64,000 nucleotides of DNA from Clostridia bacterium. Its GTDB lineage: Bacteria > Bacillota > Clostridia > Christensenellales > UMGS416. The stretch is taken from contig JAFGUF010000014.1 of assembly GCA_016938675.1 (NCBI GenBank), forward strand, positions 6,668 through 70,667, given 5' to 3'. Each line of letters begins with the position of its first letter. The stretch's first letter is position 1. Positions 62,611 through 64,000 of this stretch are shown here, piece by piece. The position numbers and the translations under genes were made by a program. Below the pieces are notes generated by a model. The model was given only the letters and a program-made list of their open reading frames with translations, did no database searches and was not told the origin of the DNA.

Positions 62611-62949
62611 ATGCAATTAGTAAAAGAAAAAGATATTGAATATCGTTTTGGCGACAGCGGCCCGAAATACTTAAGAAAGGGCCCGAGATTAAGCGCAGGC
62701 GTAGTAGTTCTGCAGCCAGGCCAGGACTTCAAAAATCACTTCCACAACATAATGGAAGAAAGCTTTCTTATTCTGGAAGGTAAAGTAGATATATCAATAG
62801 ATGACACAGTGTATACCTGCGAGCCAGGCGATTTAATAACGGCAGAGCCCGGAGAAACACATCATCTGATGAACAACTACGATGAGCCAATGAAGGCCGT
62901 GTTTATGCTCGCGCCTTTCCAACTGCAGGATAAAGTGGAAGTTGAGTGA
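62611..62949 (+). CDS. cupin-domain protein (112 aa)
   Basis: Cupin motifs: G.DFKNHFH..MEESFLILEG and PGETHHLMN. Confidence 0.7.
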   Translation: MQLVKEKDIEYRFGDSGPKYLRKGPRLSAGVVVLQPGQDFKNHFHNIMEESFLILEGKVDISIDDTVYTCEPGDLITAEPGETHHLMNNYDEPMKAVFMLAPFQLQDKVEVE

Positions 62950-63006
62950 AAAGCAGCCTGCGGCGCAAAACAAAATAAGCAAACAAATTTTTAAGGAGTG
63001 TTAAAA

Positions 63007-63891
63007 ATGGCAGATAAAGATAATATAAAAGAAACCAAGGACTATGGGGTCGGAATCCCTCAGGCGACAAACGGATTCCATGTAAAAGGATGCAACAACT
63101 ATGGCTGGGGAATGAAATCCAGGCTGTCTAAGATATTTAATCCGCAAAGCGGAAGGACATTAATGCTGGCTTTCGACCACGGATATTTCTTAGGGCCTAC
63201 ATCAGGGCTTGAAAGGCTTGACCTGAAAATTCCGCCTCTGGCACCGTATATTGACGTATTTATGGGAACGCGCGGCGCGCTTTCTGCGTGCATCGAGCCG
63301 GCACTTTCCTATCAGAAGGCTGTCGCTCTTCGCTGCTCATCAGGCTCATCAATATTGAATGATGACTTGAGCTTTGAAAAGGTAAGCGTAAGCATAGAAG
63401 AAGCCGTAAGAATGAATGCCGACTGCATGGCTATTCAGGTATTTATAGGCGCAAAAGGCCAGCTTTCATCCATTGAAAACGTTTCAAAGGCAATAGACAC
63501 AGGCAATTCATACGGAATACCCACAATGGGCGTTGTAGCCGTTGGCAAGGAAATGGAGAGAACTCCTCAGTACTTCAGGTTAGCAACCAGAATGATCGCG
63601 GAATTCGGCGCGCAGATAGTAAAATGCTATTACTGTGATGATTTCGAAACAGTAACTGCATCCTGCCCCGTGCCAATAGTTATAGCGGGCGGCAAGAAGC
63701 TGCCTGAAAAAGAAGCGCTGGATATGTGCTACAATGCACTCGCCAGAGGCGCAGCAGGCGTGGACATGGGCAGGAATATATTCCAGTCCGATGCACCCGT
63801 TGCAATGGTTCAGGCTGTGCGCGCAATAGTTCACGACGGCATAGACAGCAAAGAAGCATACGATATGTACCAAGAGCTAAAGAATAAATAG
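63007..63891 (+). CDS. lsrF: 3-hydroxy-5-phosphonooxypentane-2,4-dione thiolase LsrF (DeoC/FbaB aldolase fold)
   Basis: MADKDNIKE...WGMKSRLSKIFNPQSGRTLMLAFDHGYFLGPTSGLER...CPVPIVIAGGKKLPEKEAL...GAAGVDMGRNIFQSDAPVAM closely parallels recalled E. coli LsrF. ATG is at 63007 with AAGGAG upstream. Confidence 0.9.
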   Translation: MADKDNIKETKDYGVGIPQATNGFHVKGCNNYGWGMKSRLSKIFNPQSGRTLMLAFDHGYFLGPTSGLERLDLKIPPLAPYIDVFMGTRGALSACIEPALSYQKAVALRCSSGSSILNDDLSFEKVSVSIEEAVRMNADCMAIQVFIGAKGQLSSIENVSKAIDTGNSYGIPTMGVVAVGKEMERTPQYFRLATRMIAEFGAQIVKCYYCDDFETVTASCPVPIVIAGGKKLPEKEALDMCYNALARGAAGVDMGRNIFQSDAPVAMVQAVRAIVHDGIDSKEAYDMYQELKNK

Positions 63892-64000
63892 CATTACTTC
63901 TCCTCTTATTTATTAATTTTAGAATCGGGTATAGAATGAACGATTCGAAAAACAACCTCGCTGAACTTTTCAGTGGGGTATTTTTTTGCTCTTCGATTGC

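Noticed and set aside
1-64000. Scan for tRNA, rRNA, CRISPR arrays, transposases, integrases and prophage structural genes
   Set aside because: I found none by eye in any frame or strand. The AT-rich island therefore lacks an obvious mobility gene within this window.

Overview
This 64-kb chromosomal window reads like an anaerobic, monoderm Firmicutes (Clostridia-like) genome. That call rests on lipobox lipoproteins, a 2-oxoacid:ferredoxin oxidoreductase, YesMN/LplABC-type sugar loci and AAGGAG ribosome-binding sites; it is an inference with no database search behind it. I saw no rRNA, tRNA, CRISPR array, transposase or integrase.

Seven blocks:
- **(1) 1-9.1 kb:** visibly AT-richer than the rest. 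All genes are on the minus strand. It is a graveyard of RHS/YD-repeat toxin remnants interleaved with small immunity-like genes, lipoproteins, duplicated modules and a frameshift.
- **(2) 9.5-17 kb:** a tightly packed plus-strand operon. It runs M48 HExxH peptidase, zinc-ribbon ORFs, then a TIR-TM-repeat protein. The TIR gene, the next repeat gene and a DUF4430-like tail share one reading frame broken by TAG and TAA. Downstream are a frameshifted lipoprotein and a convergent TIR-TM-LRR protein with inverted Toll-like-receptor topology.
- **(3) 17-32.5 kb:** housekeeping and carbohydrate genes. These are the oxidoreductase alpha/beta subunits, an SGNH hydrolase, a GH13_18 phosphorylase, a P-loop kinase, DUF3237, an esterase, a Nif3-like protein, a sugar ABC importer and a two-component system. 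A 400-bp intergenic stretch looks like structured RNA.
- **(4) 32.7-34.3 kb:** a heliorhodopsin gene in a two-gene operon with a TspO-like membrane protein.
- **(5) 34.5-43.6 kb:** my best candidate for an undescribed system. It is a four-gene minus-strand operon. It encodes a DUF4062-like/P-loop STAND/TPR protein, a 169-aa protein and two tandem 918/943-aa paralogs. Each paralog has two TM helices, an E/R/K-rich helix and a cytoplasmic HEFCH motif.
- **(6) 43.9-54.6 kb:** surface lipoproteins with shared modules. A mirrored pair of TPR/beta-propeller/phosphodiester-glycosidase paralogs flanks an LRR lipoprotein.
- **(7) 55-63.9 kb:** a complete AI-2 lsr locus, lsrACDB divergent from lsrR-lsrK-cupin-lsrF. 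A cupin sits where lsrG would be expected.

Family calls come from motif recognition and from recalled reference sequences (E. coli Lsr proteins, heliorhodopsin 48C12, B. adolescentis sucrose phosphorylase), not from searches.
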